The notes below the pieces were generated by a model. It had not been told where the DNA came from. It did not search any database and worked only from the letters and a program-made list of their open reading frames with translations. Of a stretch of DNA of 64,000 nucleotides, positions 53,483 to 61,872 are shown piece by piece (position 1 is the first letter of the stretch; every line of letters starts with the position of its first letter). This DNA is from Chromatiaceae bacterium (GTDB taxonomy: Bacteria; Pseudomonadota; Gammaproteobacteria; Chromatiales; Chromatiaceae). A program made the translations under genes and the position numbers. The stretch is from the NCBI GenBank assembly GCA_024235415.1, contig JACKML010000010.1:5210-69209 (forward strand), read 5' to 3'.

Positions 53483-55474
53483 TCAGAGTTCACGTGTATC
53501 AATCCAGTGCACCTGCCCGGTGCGCTTGGCCACCTCGTCGTACATATCCGCGGTGCCACCGGGGCCGTCACCCCGGGCGCCGTTCCACAGGCAGATGAAA
53601 TGCACCTTGCCGATACCCCACACCAGTGCGGTGTACAGCAACCAGCGATTGCAACGCTCGTAGGCGTAGCCCGGTTCGGTATAGCTTGGCGGCTCGCCGA
53701 GTTCATTGGGCGCAGCCAGGACCGGTTGCTGCAAACGTTGACGGGCGGCGAGGTAGCGGTCGCGCCAGTGCTCGCCGCATTGCACCACCGACCGGCGGAT
53801 GAAATCCGGTTCGTCAAAGGGCTGCAACCAGGACACCCGGACACCCAGGGACTGACACGCTTCTGTAAACAGCAGGTCCGCCCCGCAGGCGCCCTGCGTC
53901 AATGCGAGGTCATCGGGACCGGCACCGAGGCCATGCAGCACGGCGGCAATGCGCTCACCCGCGGATTCGATCACGCCTTCGGGCAACCGCGGCTGATCAC
54001 GGTCCGGCGCGTCGACCATATGACCGGCAAAAAGGAAGACATTGCGCGGCTCCCACTCCCGACCCGGCACTGGCGTGCGTCGCATGGCGCGGTCGAACAC
54101 CTCGATGCCGGCACTGACGTTCTCGGGCCTGAACCCGAGATCCTGCAACATCAATAACTGCTGGCGGCTGGAGTCCAGCGCAAACCAGCTGTCGCGGTTG
54201 ACCGCCACCGCCTCTTTGTATGCTGATTGAACAGACGAAGGCGTGCCGAGCAGGACCTGCAGATCGCCCAGGGTCGAACGCGCCCAGTACAGCTTTTCCG
54301 GGTCCTCTTCGCATTCAGCTGCGAAACGCACCGCGCCGCTCATGATCTCCATGGTTGCCCGGTAGGCACCATCGCCGACCAGATGCTCCTGCAGATGCAT
54401 CAGGGTCAGCGCATTGATGCCCGAATAGTAGTGTTTGGGATCTGACCGGAATGCGGTGCCGTAACAGCTGACCGCGGCGCGCAACAGGGCGTCCTCGTAG
54501 CGTGCATCCTCGATGCGCTGCGCAGCACTGGCATCGGGCCGGCGCCAGATCGATGTCCATGCATCTTTCTCCACCCTGCCGAGCAGCGCCCAGGTCTCGG
54601 CATCCTTGGGCGCGTCCTGCAGGATTGCCCGGTAGTGGCTGCGTGCCATCTCCAGCTCGAAGCCGCGCCGTCCCTGCAACGCAAGACGTTGCAGGCACAT
54701 GCCCTTCTCGCGCAGGCCAGCCAGGTTTTCCGGCTCGATGGCCAGCCCCTTTTCCAACTGCTCGAGTGCAAACCCGTAGTGACCTATCCTGCGCAGCGCC
54801 TTGCCCGAGCGGATCCACGCACTGGCGCGAAACGCCGACACCGGGGCCTCGTCGGCCAACACCAGCATGTCGCCGACACGCCCCTTGCGTCGCGCACGGC
54901 TGATCTTCTCCTCCCAGGCATCGTAGGCCTCCCAGAACTCGCGGAAATTGCCGACCCGCAGGCTTTGCCAGTCGGGCTCTTTCAGATTGGGAATGAGTTG
55001 ATAGACCGGGCTCATCTTGCGCCCGTGCCAGGACTCCATGGTGGCAGCGATCATGTCACGCATATGCTCGCAGTCAGACGCGACGGTTTCCGGGTCGGGG
55101 CCGCCATCGCGGATCCCGTAGCGCAGCTTGCGATCGGTGTAGACATCGAATGCCTTGCTTGCGTGACCACCGGACACCAGCACCACGCCACGCGCACGCA
55201 ACGCATGACGCACACCCAGTTCATACCACACGTTGGGATTGTCGATGGTGATGTCGACCACGACCAGATCGGCGATCAGCAGCTCCTGGAACATGTCCAC
55301 CCGGATATCGCCCGGGCGGGTTTCCTCATCGGCCCGAAATGCCGTCAGGCCGGCCTGTTCCAGCGCCGGCCTGATCAGCTCGGCATAGACGCGGTTGAAA
55401 TCGACGGGCAGCCCATCGGGACCCGGTTTGGTGCCAAACGGCATTGCCACGAAGGCGTGCGGTTTGATGCTCAA
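53483..55474 (-). CDS. NDT/DRHyd-like + MAP3K TRAF-binding (DUF4071)-type TPR + SLOG-like multidomain protein
   Basis: N-term FVAMPF...RADE...ADLVVVDITIDNPNVWYELGVRHA. Middle DAETWALLGRVEKD, YYSGINALTL, YWARSTLG. C-term FAGHMVD, ACGADLLF, WNG..GDGPGGT. TTG start with GGAAGG RBS. Confidence 0.85.
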   Translation of the reverse strand: MSIKPHAFVAMPFGTKPGPDGLPVDFNRVYAELIRPALEQAGLTAFRADEETRPGDIRVDMFQELLIADLVVVDITIDNPNVWYELGVRHALRARGVVLVSGGHASKAFDVYTDRKLRYGIRDGGPDPETVASDCEHMRDMIAATMESWHGRKMSPVYQLIPNLKEPDWQSLRVGNFREFWEAYDAWEEKISRARRKGRVGDMLVLADEAPVSAFRASAWIRSGKALRRIGHYGFALEQLEKGLAIEPENLAGLREKGMCLQRLALQGRRGFELEMARSHYRAILQDAPKDAETWALLGRVEKDAWTSIWRRPDASAAQRIEDARYEDALLRAAVSCYGTAFRSDPKHYYSGINALTLMHLQEHLVGDGAYRATMEIMSGAVRFAAECEEDPEKLYWARSTLGDLQVLLGTPSSVQSAYKEAVAVNRDSWFALDSSRQQLLMLQDLGFRPENVSAGIEVFDRAMRRTPVPGREWEPRNVFLFAGHMVDAPDRDQPRLPEGVIESAGERIAAVLHGLGAGPDDLALTQGACGADLLFTEACQSLGVRVSWLQPFDEPDFIRRSVVQCGEHWRDRYLAARQRLQQPVLAAPNELGEPPSYTEPGYAYERCNRWLLYTALVWGIGKVHFICLWNGARGDGPGGTADMYDEVAKRTGQVHWIDTREL

Positions 55475-55650
55475 TACGTTTTCCTTCCACCAGACGGCGC
55501 CGTAATGGCAGCCACTGCCGATCGCCGACCCTGCAATTGCCTGTCGCGGCCGCACCATAGAACTGGTTCGAGCATAGCATCCATTGGGCTTGAGGCCGGT
55601 GCGCGTAGCGACCCGCCAGTCGGCCGCACAGCCAACGCTGCTGTCCCGAT

Positions 55651-56502
55651 TCAGTCAGTGCGTGAGCCTTGCCGCAGCGCAAACAGGTCGAGGTAGTTGG
55701 TCACCAGCACTGCGGCCCCAATCACCACCATCGGAATGATCAGCTCTGGCTCCCAGGGGTTTCCCTGGTGATCAAACAACACCATCACCAAGGCGGCCAC
55801 CGGCAATGTCAGCAGCCAGATATGTACGCCCAGCCGCAGCCCGATGCGACAGTATCGGGTGAGCCAAACAGCCAGTGCGGCGACTATCAGGCCGCTGAAC
55901 GCACCGGCAATGACGTCCTGCGGCCAGTGCACGCCCAACGCGACCCGACTGATACCGACCATCGCGGCGAACCCGAGCAGCAGCAGGCGCGAAAACCAGG
56001 TACTGCTGTATGCAAACAGGACCCCGGCAAACAGAAACGCAGACAGGGTGTGGCCCGACGGGAAGCTGTGGCGGCCGAGCACCGGGCCAATCAGATGGAT
56101 GTCGGCGGCCGGCAGGACCGCTGGCGGACGTGGCTCGTCGAACCAGACCTTGATTCCGCGCGCATACAGTCCGCCAATCACCGCACCGACGATCATGGCC
56201 CAGAAGATCTCCGGACGGCGCCGCACGAACAGCAGACTCACAATCAGCAACACACGGCCATCGCCGAACCAGGTCAGCCATTCCCAGGCCTCTTCCGGCA
56301 GCGCCGCCTGGCTGGACCTGTGCAGGAACTGAAACCCACCGTGATAGCCACCGCTCGCCAGCGACACCGCAATACCCAGAATGACGATCGCGATCGCAAC
56401 AACCAGCAGTTCAAACACCCCAGCCGTGCCACGGCCGATCAGACGCTCGTTGGCGGTGTGCATCGTCTGTCGCAGACTGTACAGGGAAAGCTCGACACCC
56501 AT
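55651..56502 (-). CDS. PAP2 family phosphatase
   Basis: KVWFDEPRP, SFPSGH, and SRVALGVHWPQDV. Confidence 0.92.
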   Translation of the reverse strand: MGVELSLYSLRQTMHTANERLIGRGTAGVFELLVVAIAIVILGIAVSLASGGYHGGFQFLHRSSQAALPEEAWEWLTWFGDGRVLLIVSLLFVRRRPEIFWAMIVGAVIGGLYARGIKVWFDEPRPPAVLPAADIHLIGPVLGRHSFPSGHTLSAFLFAGVLFAYSSTWFSRLLLLGFAAMVGISRVALGVHWPQDVIAGAFSGLIVAALAVWLTRYCRIGLRLGVHIWLLTLPVAALVMVLFDHQGNPWEPELIIPMVVIGAAVLVTNYLDLFALRQGSRTD

Positions 56503-56504
56503 GA

Positions 56505-58073
56505 TCAATCGCCTGCTTTCCCGTCGACTGCGATCAGCGTTGCCGGCGGCCGACTGAACACAATATGCTTCCGGTAAGGCGAAGGCTGCGCCAGGTATTC
56601 GGCCACGTGGTCGGTGCGGACATAGACCCACTGCCCCGGCTTGGCCGGTGCATGTGTTGTGACCTGCTGGCGGTACACGCTGACACTGGGCTGATAGACC
56701 CGGTAGAAGACCACATCCTTTTCCTGTTCACGGGCGAACAACCCTGCCGCCTTCGGCCCGGCCTGCAGCACGTCCAGTACCGTTGGCACAATCAGGCCCC
56801 CGACCAGCGCGGCCTGGACGTAGCCGATCAGCAGCAGGCGACGCCACACGGTCAACGGAAGGAAAAGGATCAACGCGGCCATCAGCAGGGCAGACACGCA
56901 CAGCAACTGCGGCCAACCGCCGAACGACTGGGCGCCGGCCTCGAAAAGGCCACGATCGTAGTCACGCCCTGTCGTCTGCGCCAGGGTCGCAAACAGCTGC
57001 GGCAGCGCACTCAGCACGCCAAGGAATAGCAATGCCGGCACAAACCCCAACCATGGGCTGCGCAACCGGTCTCGATACTTCGCCATCAGCAGCACCACAC
57101 CCGTGACGCCGTAGAGCATGTAATGCGGCAGCTTGGTGCCGGAAAACGAAAACACCACCAGCACGCTGAAAAACCACAGCCAGACAAAGCGGTCCAGCGG
57201 GTCGCGACGCAGCGCACCCAGATTGCCCAGGACACCCAGGAACCAACCGCTAAATGGCATCAGCAGCAGGGGCGCCACCAACGCGTAATAGAAGATGCCG
57301 CCGCTGTGCCCTTCCATCGCATTGCCATAACGCGCCAGGTTGTGATGCAGATAGAACCCCTCGAAAAAGGCCCAGCCACTGTCCAGGTAGACGGCGATGT
57401 GCCACGGCAGCACGATGGCGACGAACAGCAGCAGTCCCACCGGATCGAACACCAGGCGCAACCACGCCCGCCAGCGGCCGTCGCTCGCATACAACAGACC
57501 GCTGACGATCACCGGAAACAGAACAGCCACCGGCCCCTTGGTCAGAAACCCAAGGCCCAGCCAGAGAAACACGCGTAACAGCAGGCGCCGCGACGGATGG
57601 CAGAAATGGCTGTAGATGTCGAACATCGCCAACACCAGGAACAGGTTGAGCAACGCATCGGCAACAGCAGCCTTGGCGATCAGACCGACGAACAGGGACA
57701 ACGCCAGCAGCATCGCGGCAACGCCGGCCGTGGCCGCGTCGAGGTGTCGACGGGTGAATGCGAACAGCGCCGATACCCATGCCAGACCGGCCAGTACCGA
57801 CGGCAGGCGCAGCGCAAACTCGTTGAGCCCGAACAGGTGCACCGAGGCCGCCTGCACCCAGTAGATCAATATCGGCTTGTCGTGACGCGGTTCTGCGTTG
57901 AGATAGATCGAGGCATAGTTGCCGGAAACCATCATCTCCCGGGTCGCCTCGGTGAACGCGCCTTCGTCGAGGTCATACAGAGGTGGCGACCAGAACCCCC
58001 ATACCATCGCAACCACAAGCGCCACGGCGATGGCTGTGCGACTGGCAAGGAAATCCTCGAGAATTCGGATCAC
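56505..58073 (-). CDS. ArnT-like glycosyltransferase family 39
   Basis: DLDEGAFTEATREM, DKPILIYW, RLPS, LTKGP, and TKLPHY. Confidence 0.9.
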   Translation of the reverse strand: MIRILEDFLASRTAIAVALVVAMVWGFWSPPLYDLDEGAFTEATREMMVSGNYASIYLNAEPRHDKPILIYWVQAASVHLFGLNEFALRLPSVLAGLAWVSALFAFTRRHLDAATAGVAAMLLALSLFVGLIAKAAVADALLNLFLVLAMFDIYSHFCHPSRRLLLRVFLWLGLGFLTKGPVAVLFPVIVSGLLYASDGRWRAWLRLVFDPVGLLLFVAIVLPWHIAVYLDSGWAFFEGFYLHHNLARYGNAMEGHSGGIFYYALVAPLLLMPFSGWFLGVLGNLGALRRDPLDRFVWLWFFSVLVVFSFSGTKLPHYMLYGVTGVVLLMAKYRDRLRSPWLGFVPALLFLGVLSALPQLFATLAQTTGRDYDRGLFEAGAQSFGGWPQLLCVSALLMAALILFLPLTVWRRLLLIGYVQAALVGGLIVPTVLDVLQAGPKAAGLFAREQEKDVVFYRVYQPSVSVYRQQVTTHAPAKPGQWVYVRTDHVAEYLAQPSPYRKHIVFSRPPATLIAVDGKAGD

Positions 58074-58345
58074 GATTTCACCAAGCTGGACATCAGGTCC
58101 AGCGAATGGAGCCCACAACGCGCAGTCGCGAATACACGGACGGCGCGGTGGGCCAAACAGGTTATGAAGTCTAACGCGCAGTGCTTAAGGAATTGTTAAC
58201 AACAGGTCTGGCAAGCCGGCCAGTATCCGCCCAAAACAGACGGACCCCGGCTCGCCCTCTTGCCGGAGCACTGAAACGGGCAACCGCGACGCGTCTAGAC
58301 TGGCACGTTAGGATACCGGCAACACCCTCAGCCACCGGTCGCCGC

Positions 58346-59311
58346 ATGGGTTCCAGGTATTCCGTTCATTGCATCGCGCTGCTTGCCTTGCTGCTGCACG
58401 GTGCTTGCACGGCGCAGGACGCACCACCTGAGGCGCAACCCGTCGTGCGCATCCAACTGCATACAGCGCGTCTGGCGGCGGTGGCCCGGCAGGTGCGGCT
58501 GTCGGATGCCACCGTACAGTGGGACCTCGCCAACATCGCCCTGGACGTGCTCCTGGAGAGCTACCGACAGGAACTGCAGACCGCTGCATCAGAGAAGGCC
58601 AGCACGGCCGGGCGGCGTGCCAAGCTGGCGAGTTGGCGAAGCGGTACCCGGGAACTCATCGCGCGCCTGGAAGCGTCACACGCACGTCTCGCCGACGGCG
58701 CGGCTCTCGGCATCCAGGTCGATGCACGAGACCAGGTGCTGATCGTGATAGACGGCCAGCCAATTGCCATCTCGGCGCTACGCCCGGATGCGGAACAGGC
58801 GATCGACGAGCAGGTTCTTGCACGCTTTTGTGGATACAACGATTGTAGTGTGCTGACGAACGACAACCCGACCAATCCCAGGCCGACCGAGGCGGCTGCC
58901 GGCGCCTGGGACTTTGCACCGAACAGGCCACCGACGTTCGAGATCGGGGAGTTGATCCGGTGCGAATTCCCTGGCACCGACAGACGCCTGGAAAAATCAG
59001 CGGCCTGCAAACTCGTAGCCGAAGAGGCGCTACAACTCGCCGCAAGGCTGGATCAGGTGAGAGAAAAGGGGTATCGCATCGATCGGGCGTTGCTGTCGGA
59101 TATCACGCCGACGCATCTGGCTAACGGGCAGATCGTCGTCAACCGCGACGGGGCTTTTATCGATGTGCCGACCCGCATGCTGTCGAGACTGGACCGCGCA
59201 GACCTGCAGCGGCTGATTGAATGGTTGCCCCTGACCGCCACCCCGAACGAACAGCCGCTGGTCATCCAGCGTGCCAACCGTCTGCTGGGTGACGCCAGCC
59301 GGCGGCCATGA
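58346..59311 (+). CDS. Hypothetical exported protein
   Basis: ORF of about 320 aa with a signal-like N-terminus (IALLALLLHGACTA). No family recognised. Confidence 0.6.
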   Translation: MGSRYSVHCIALLALLLHGACTAQDAPPEAQPVVRIQLHTARLAAVARQVRLSDATVQWDLANIALDVLLESYRQELQTAASEKASTAGRRAKLASWRSGTRELIARLEASHARLADGAALGIQVDARDQVLIVIDGQPIAISALRPDAEQAIDEQVLARFCGYNDCSVLTNDNPTNPRPTEAAAGAWDFAPNRPPTFEIGELIRCEFPGTDRRLEKSAACKLVAEEALQLAARLDQVREKGYRIDRALLSDITPTHLANGQIVVNRDGAFIDVPTRMLSRLDRADLQRLIEWLPLTATPNEQPLVIQRANRLLGDASRRP

Positions 59312-59351
59312 TGCCGGCCCATCCCTGCATTTGGGTGATGATTGGATCTCA

Positions 59352-59382
59352 TTCCCCCCTCGGGAGAAGGTCATGACGGGGG
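59352..59382 (-). repeat. Single REP-like unit related to 51571-51601
   Basis: Reverse complement CCCCCGTCATGACCTTCTCCCGAGGGGGGAA matches CCCTCGTCCTAGCCTTCTCCCGAGGGGAGAA at 26 of 31 positions. Confidence 0.6.
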
Positions 59383-59457
59383 AGGATCAAGACCCAAAGA
59401 TACGGTGTAGCCGGTCCGTCACGCCAAGCCCCGCGATGCCTCAACGGCACCCGCTTG

Positions 59458-59494
59458 AAAAACAAAGGCCCGACACTAATGTCGGGCCTTTGTT
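59458..59494 (-). terminator. Terminator after tRNA-Arg
   Basis: AACAAAGGCCCGACA-CTAA-TGTCGGGCCTTTGTT perfect stem, followed by a T-run on the minus strand. Confidence 0.85.
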
Positions 59495-59499
59495 CAATA

Positions 59500-59576
59500 T
59501 GGCGCGCCTGGAGAGATTCGAACTCCCGACCGCTCGGTTCGTAGCCGAGTACTCTATCCAGCTGAGCTACAGGCGC
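59500..59576 (-). tRNA. tRNA-Arg(ACG)
   Basis: GCGCCTGTAGCTCAGCTGGATAGAGTACTCGGCT-ACG-AACCGAGCGGTCGGGAGTTCGAATCTCTCCAGGCGCGCCA, 77 nt with encoded CCA. Confidence 0.97.
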
Positions 59577-59584
59577 AAATATGA

Positions 59585-59620
59585 GGCGCGGATTTTCGTG
59601 TTTTTTTGCCATCCTGTCAA
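59585..59620 (-). promoter_or_regulatory. Sigma70 promoter of tRNA-Arg with GC-rich discriminator
   Basis: TTGACA-17 nt-GAAAAT-CCGCGCC on the minus strand. Confidence 0.75.
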
Positions 59621-59702
59621 TCCACCAGCAGACCTTGCCGACAGAAAGGTACCCGAAGGAGCGAACCTGGCCATGAGGCCGCAAACACATCGCCTCCAAT
59701 AG

Positions 59703-59939
59703 AGCATCGATTCGACGAATCCCGTGGTGCAGACATCGGCGAATGCGATCGTTTCAGCACAGGTAATTGACCGCATATCGGGGAGAGTCGTATGGAAAAA
59801 GCGTGCCGAAGAGGCATTCTCAGAACACATCCTGCAGCTTTCCAGCCCCATCGGCATGCTGCTTACGCCGGACAAACATGCGGCTATCGAGATGGCCTTC
59901 GGCAAACTGTTCGAAGACCTGCCAGAAAGGCCCTACTGA
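59703..59939 (+). pseudogene. 3' remnant of a probable lipoprotein gene
   Basis: SAQVIDRISGRVVWKK...AFGKLFEDLP. In-frame TAG at 59700 and no signal peptide. Its stop overlaps the next ATG (TGATG). Confidence 0.5.
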
Positions 59940-60511
59940 TGAACGTGCGAGATATCGACCGAGGCGTGACGATGGCAAAGAACCTGGGGTACGCGAAAGC
60001 TGGGCTGCTTGGCCTGCTCGCATTGATATTGGCGGGATGCGGTATCAAGACCGCAGGACTGATACCGGATCAACAGACGAAGGCGCCGCGGCAGATCAGC
60101 AAAATCGTCAGCGTCATGCCGGTCGAAGGCGGCCGCGCCTCGTCATTCGGTCGCGAGGCCTACATAACGAACGAACAGTTTTTCGAGGCGTTGAGTCGGA
60201 CACTCGTCGATTCGGAGGTATTCGCTGGCATAGTGGCGTCGGACGAAGCCGACCTGAACCTGCACAGCGAGATCATCACGGTCACGACCGAGGGTGGCAT
60301 CAGCCCGACCTAGGCCATTGTCGTTCAGTATTGGCTGGTTGACCCCGCCACGGGCCAAGAGGTTTGGCGCAAGGGCATCAACACGCGCCACCATGTCGAG
60401 TGGAACGAGGCCTTCGCAGGCGCCACGCGCATCATCAGGGCGGTCGAGGGGGCCACCAAGAAGAACCTGTTGCGCCTGGTCGAGGAACTGTCGAGCGCGC
60501 CGCTGAATTGA
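59939..60511 (+). pseudogene. Lipoprotein gene interrupted by an in-frame TAG (60311-60313)
   Basis: LAGC lipobox. The frame continues after the TAG as AIVVQYWLVDPATGQEVWRK...EAFAGATRIIRAVEGATKKNLLRLVEELS to the TGA at 60511. Confidence 0.7.
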
Positions 60512-60710
60512 GCAGCGGGGATTGAAAGCATCCTGGATTCTCGTTACCGGCAATCAGGGTGTGAAAAATGAAATGATGCCTTCTTTTTCGGCGGGCGTGA
60601 GGACGCTCTCCTTTGGCATGATGCCCCTATTCTTGATGGTGTGCTTCACGCACAGATTTTACCCTTTAGCTATCCAACACCTGAACAAAAACTGGTGCGC
60701 CAAAAATGAT

Positions 60711-61028
60711 CTACTCGATCATCCATGGGGGGATGTCGCGCTGACCATGAAGAACACGCCAGACGTCCACGTGATCTTCCCGCTCCACATAGAAAACCAA
60801 GTGTGGGAAGCCATGCAGCGGCAGAAACCGCAGTCCCGGCAAGTTCAGTTCGTGGTCATACCGGGGCGAGCCCGCTGCCGGATATCGGCCAATTTGGTCG
60901 TACGCCGCCTCCATGGCATCGATGAACCCGAGCGCCGCTTCGGGAGCGTCTTGCTCCAGGTAATACTCAACGGCTTGCTTCACATCCCGGTCCGCTTGAG
61001 ACCGAGGAATCACCGGTTTCGCATTCAC
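60711..61028 (-). CDS. Type II toxin, RelE/ParE family
   Basis: ADRDV..AVEYY, PAAGSPRY, FPHLVFY, and VWRVLHGQRDI. Confidence 0.9.
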   Translation of the reverse strand: MNAKPVIPRSQADRDVKQAVEYYLEQDAPEAALGFIDAMEAAYDQIGRYPAAGSPRYDHELNLPGLRFLPLHGFPHLVFYVEREDHVDVWRVLHGQRDIPPWMIE

Positions 61029-61042
61029 TGCTCGCAGCCGGG

Positions 61043-61276
61043 TCAGCTGCGCTTGCGCACACGGTCGCGAAGCTCTTCAAAATACTGCGCATTCGCCCGT
61101 TCCGTCGGACCAGACGAGGCGCCCTCAATCAACAGACCTCGCAGATGCTGACGATCCAGATCCTTGCGGATCAGTTCGCGCACATACTCGCTACTGGTGC
61201 CGTAGCCGCGAGCAGATACCTGCTCCTCAACAAAGGCCCGTAGTGAATCCGGCAGAGATATATTCATCGTACTCAT
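61043..61276 (-). CDS. Type II antitoxin, ParD/CC2985 ribbon-helix-helix family
   Basis: MSTMNISLPDSLRAFVEEQV...GYGTSSEYVRELIRKD. Confidence 0.92.
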   Translation of the reverse strand: MSTMNISLPDSLRAFVEEQVSARGYGTSSEYVRELIRKDLDRQHLRGLLIEGASSGPTERANAQYFEELRDRVRKRS

Positions 61277-61282
61277 GATCCG

Positions 61283-61312
61283 AGTTTAGTCACTTTGGCA
61301 AATTTTGGCAAA
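61283..61312 (-). promoter_or_regulatory. TA promoter with tandem operator repeats
   Basis: TTGCCA (61311-61306), 17 nt, TAAACT (61288-61283). Two TTTGGCAAA near-palindromes at 61294-61302 and 61304-61312. Confidence 0.7.
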
Positions 61313-61437
61313 AGGAAGACCCCACGTCGCCGGGCCATGCGGGACATCGCTTAGTTATTGTTTTTAAGTGATTATTTCGTCTCCGCACAAGGCCGCTGGA
61401 TGTGGAACCGCCTTGCGGCTGGCGACGCCCCCCCCCC

Positions 61438-61645
61438 CGCACAGCCAAGTCAATCCGCGACGGCGCGCAGCAACTGATCGAAGCCTATACCTACGATCCG
61501 TACAACAACCGGGATACGCGGTCTGACGGTGCTGCCACCCGCTATTTCGAGTACGACGAGGCGCAGCAGCTGAAGCAGATCCGCGCCGGGAGTCCCACCG
61601 GTTCGGTGCTGGCCGATTTCGTCTATGACGCCAACGGCAACGGTA
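61438..61645 (+). pseudogene. RHS/YD-repeat gene internal fragment
   Basis: AYTYDPYNNR...YFEYDEAQQLKQI...FVYDANGN YD repeats, with no plausible start. Preceded by a C11 tract. Confidence 0.75.
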
Positions 61646-61676
61646 ATCCCACCATTTCTGATCGAACCCAGAAGTA

Positions 61677-61856
61677 GGGGACCTTTTGTGTTTGGCGGAG
61701 AGAGAGGGATTACTCGCGCTGCGCGCTCGCCCTGCGGGCCGCCGTCGCCTGGCGACGACGTTCTCCGCTGCCTGCGGCAGCTCCGTCGAACCGACTATTG
61801 GAAATCGAGGGTTCGAATCGTTCACCCGGACCAGCAAACGAAAAAGGCCCCACGCG
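61677..61856 (-). repeat. RtT-like 180-bp tRNA-linked repeat unit (duplicated tRNA-Ser 3' end + four-hairpin element)
   Basis: 61677-61711 is identical to 61857-61891 (35 bp). It is followed by the GATTACTCG...CTCGCCCTGCGGGCC...TCGAACC multi-hairpin element. Confidence 0.75.
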
Positions 61857-61867
61857 GGGGACCTTTT
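61841..61867 (-). terminator. Terminator after tRNA-Ser
   Basis: Minus strand AAAAGGTCCCCC-GCGT-GGGGCCTTTTT. Confidence 0.7.
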
Positions 61868-61872
61868 GTGTT

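Noticed and set aside
60311-60313. Pyrrolysine or recoded TAG
   Set aside because: Other genes in the window end normally at TAG, and no pyl genes were seen.
61677-61711. tRNA 3'-end duplication as a prophage or island att site
   Set aside because: Only 180 bp from the tRNA, with no integrase and no matching copy at the far end of the islet.
61693-61792. Possible second, intron-containing or split tRNA-Ser built from the duplicated 5' and 3' pieces
   Set aside because: The duplicates lack the anticodon and variable arms and flank the intact gene. Treated as repeat-associated duplications.
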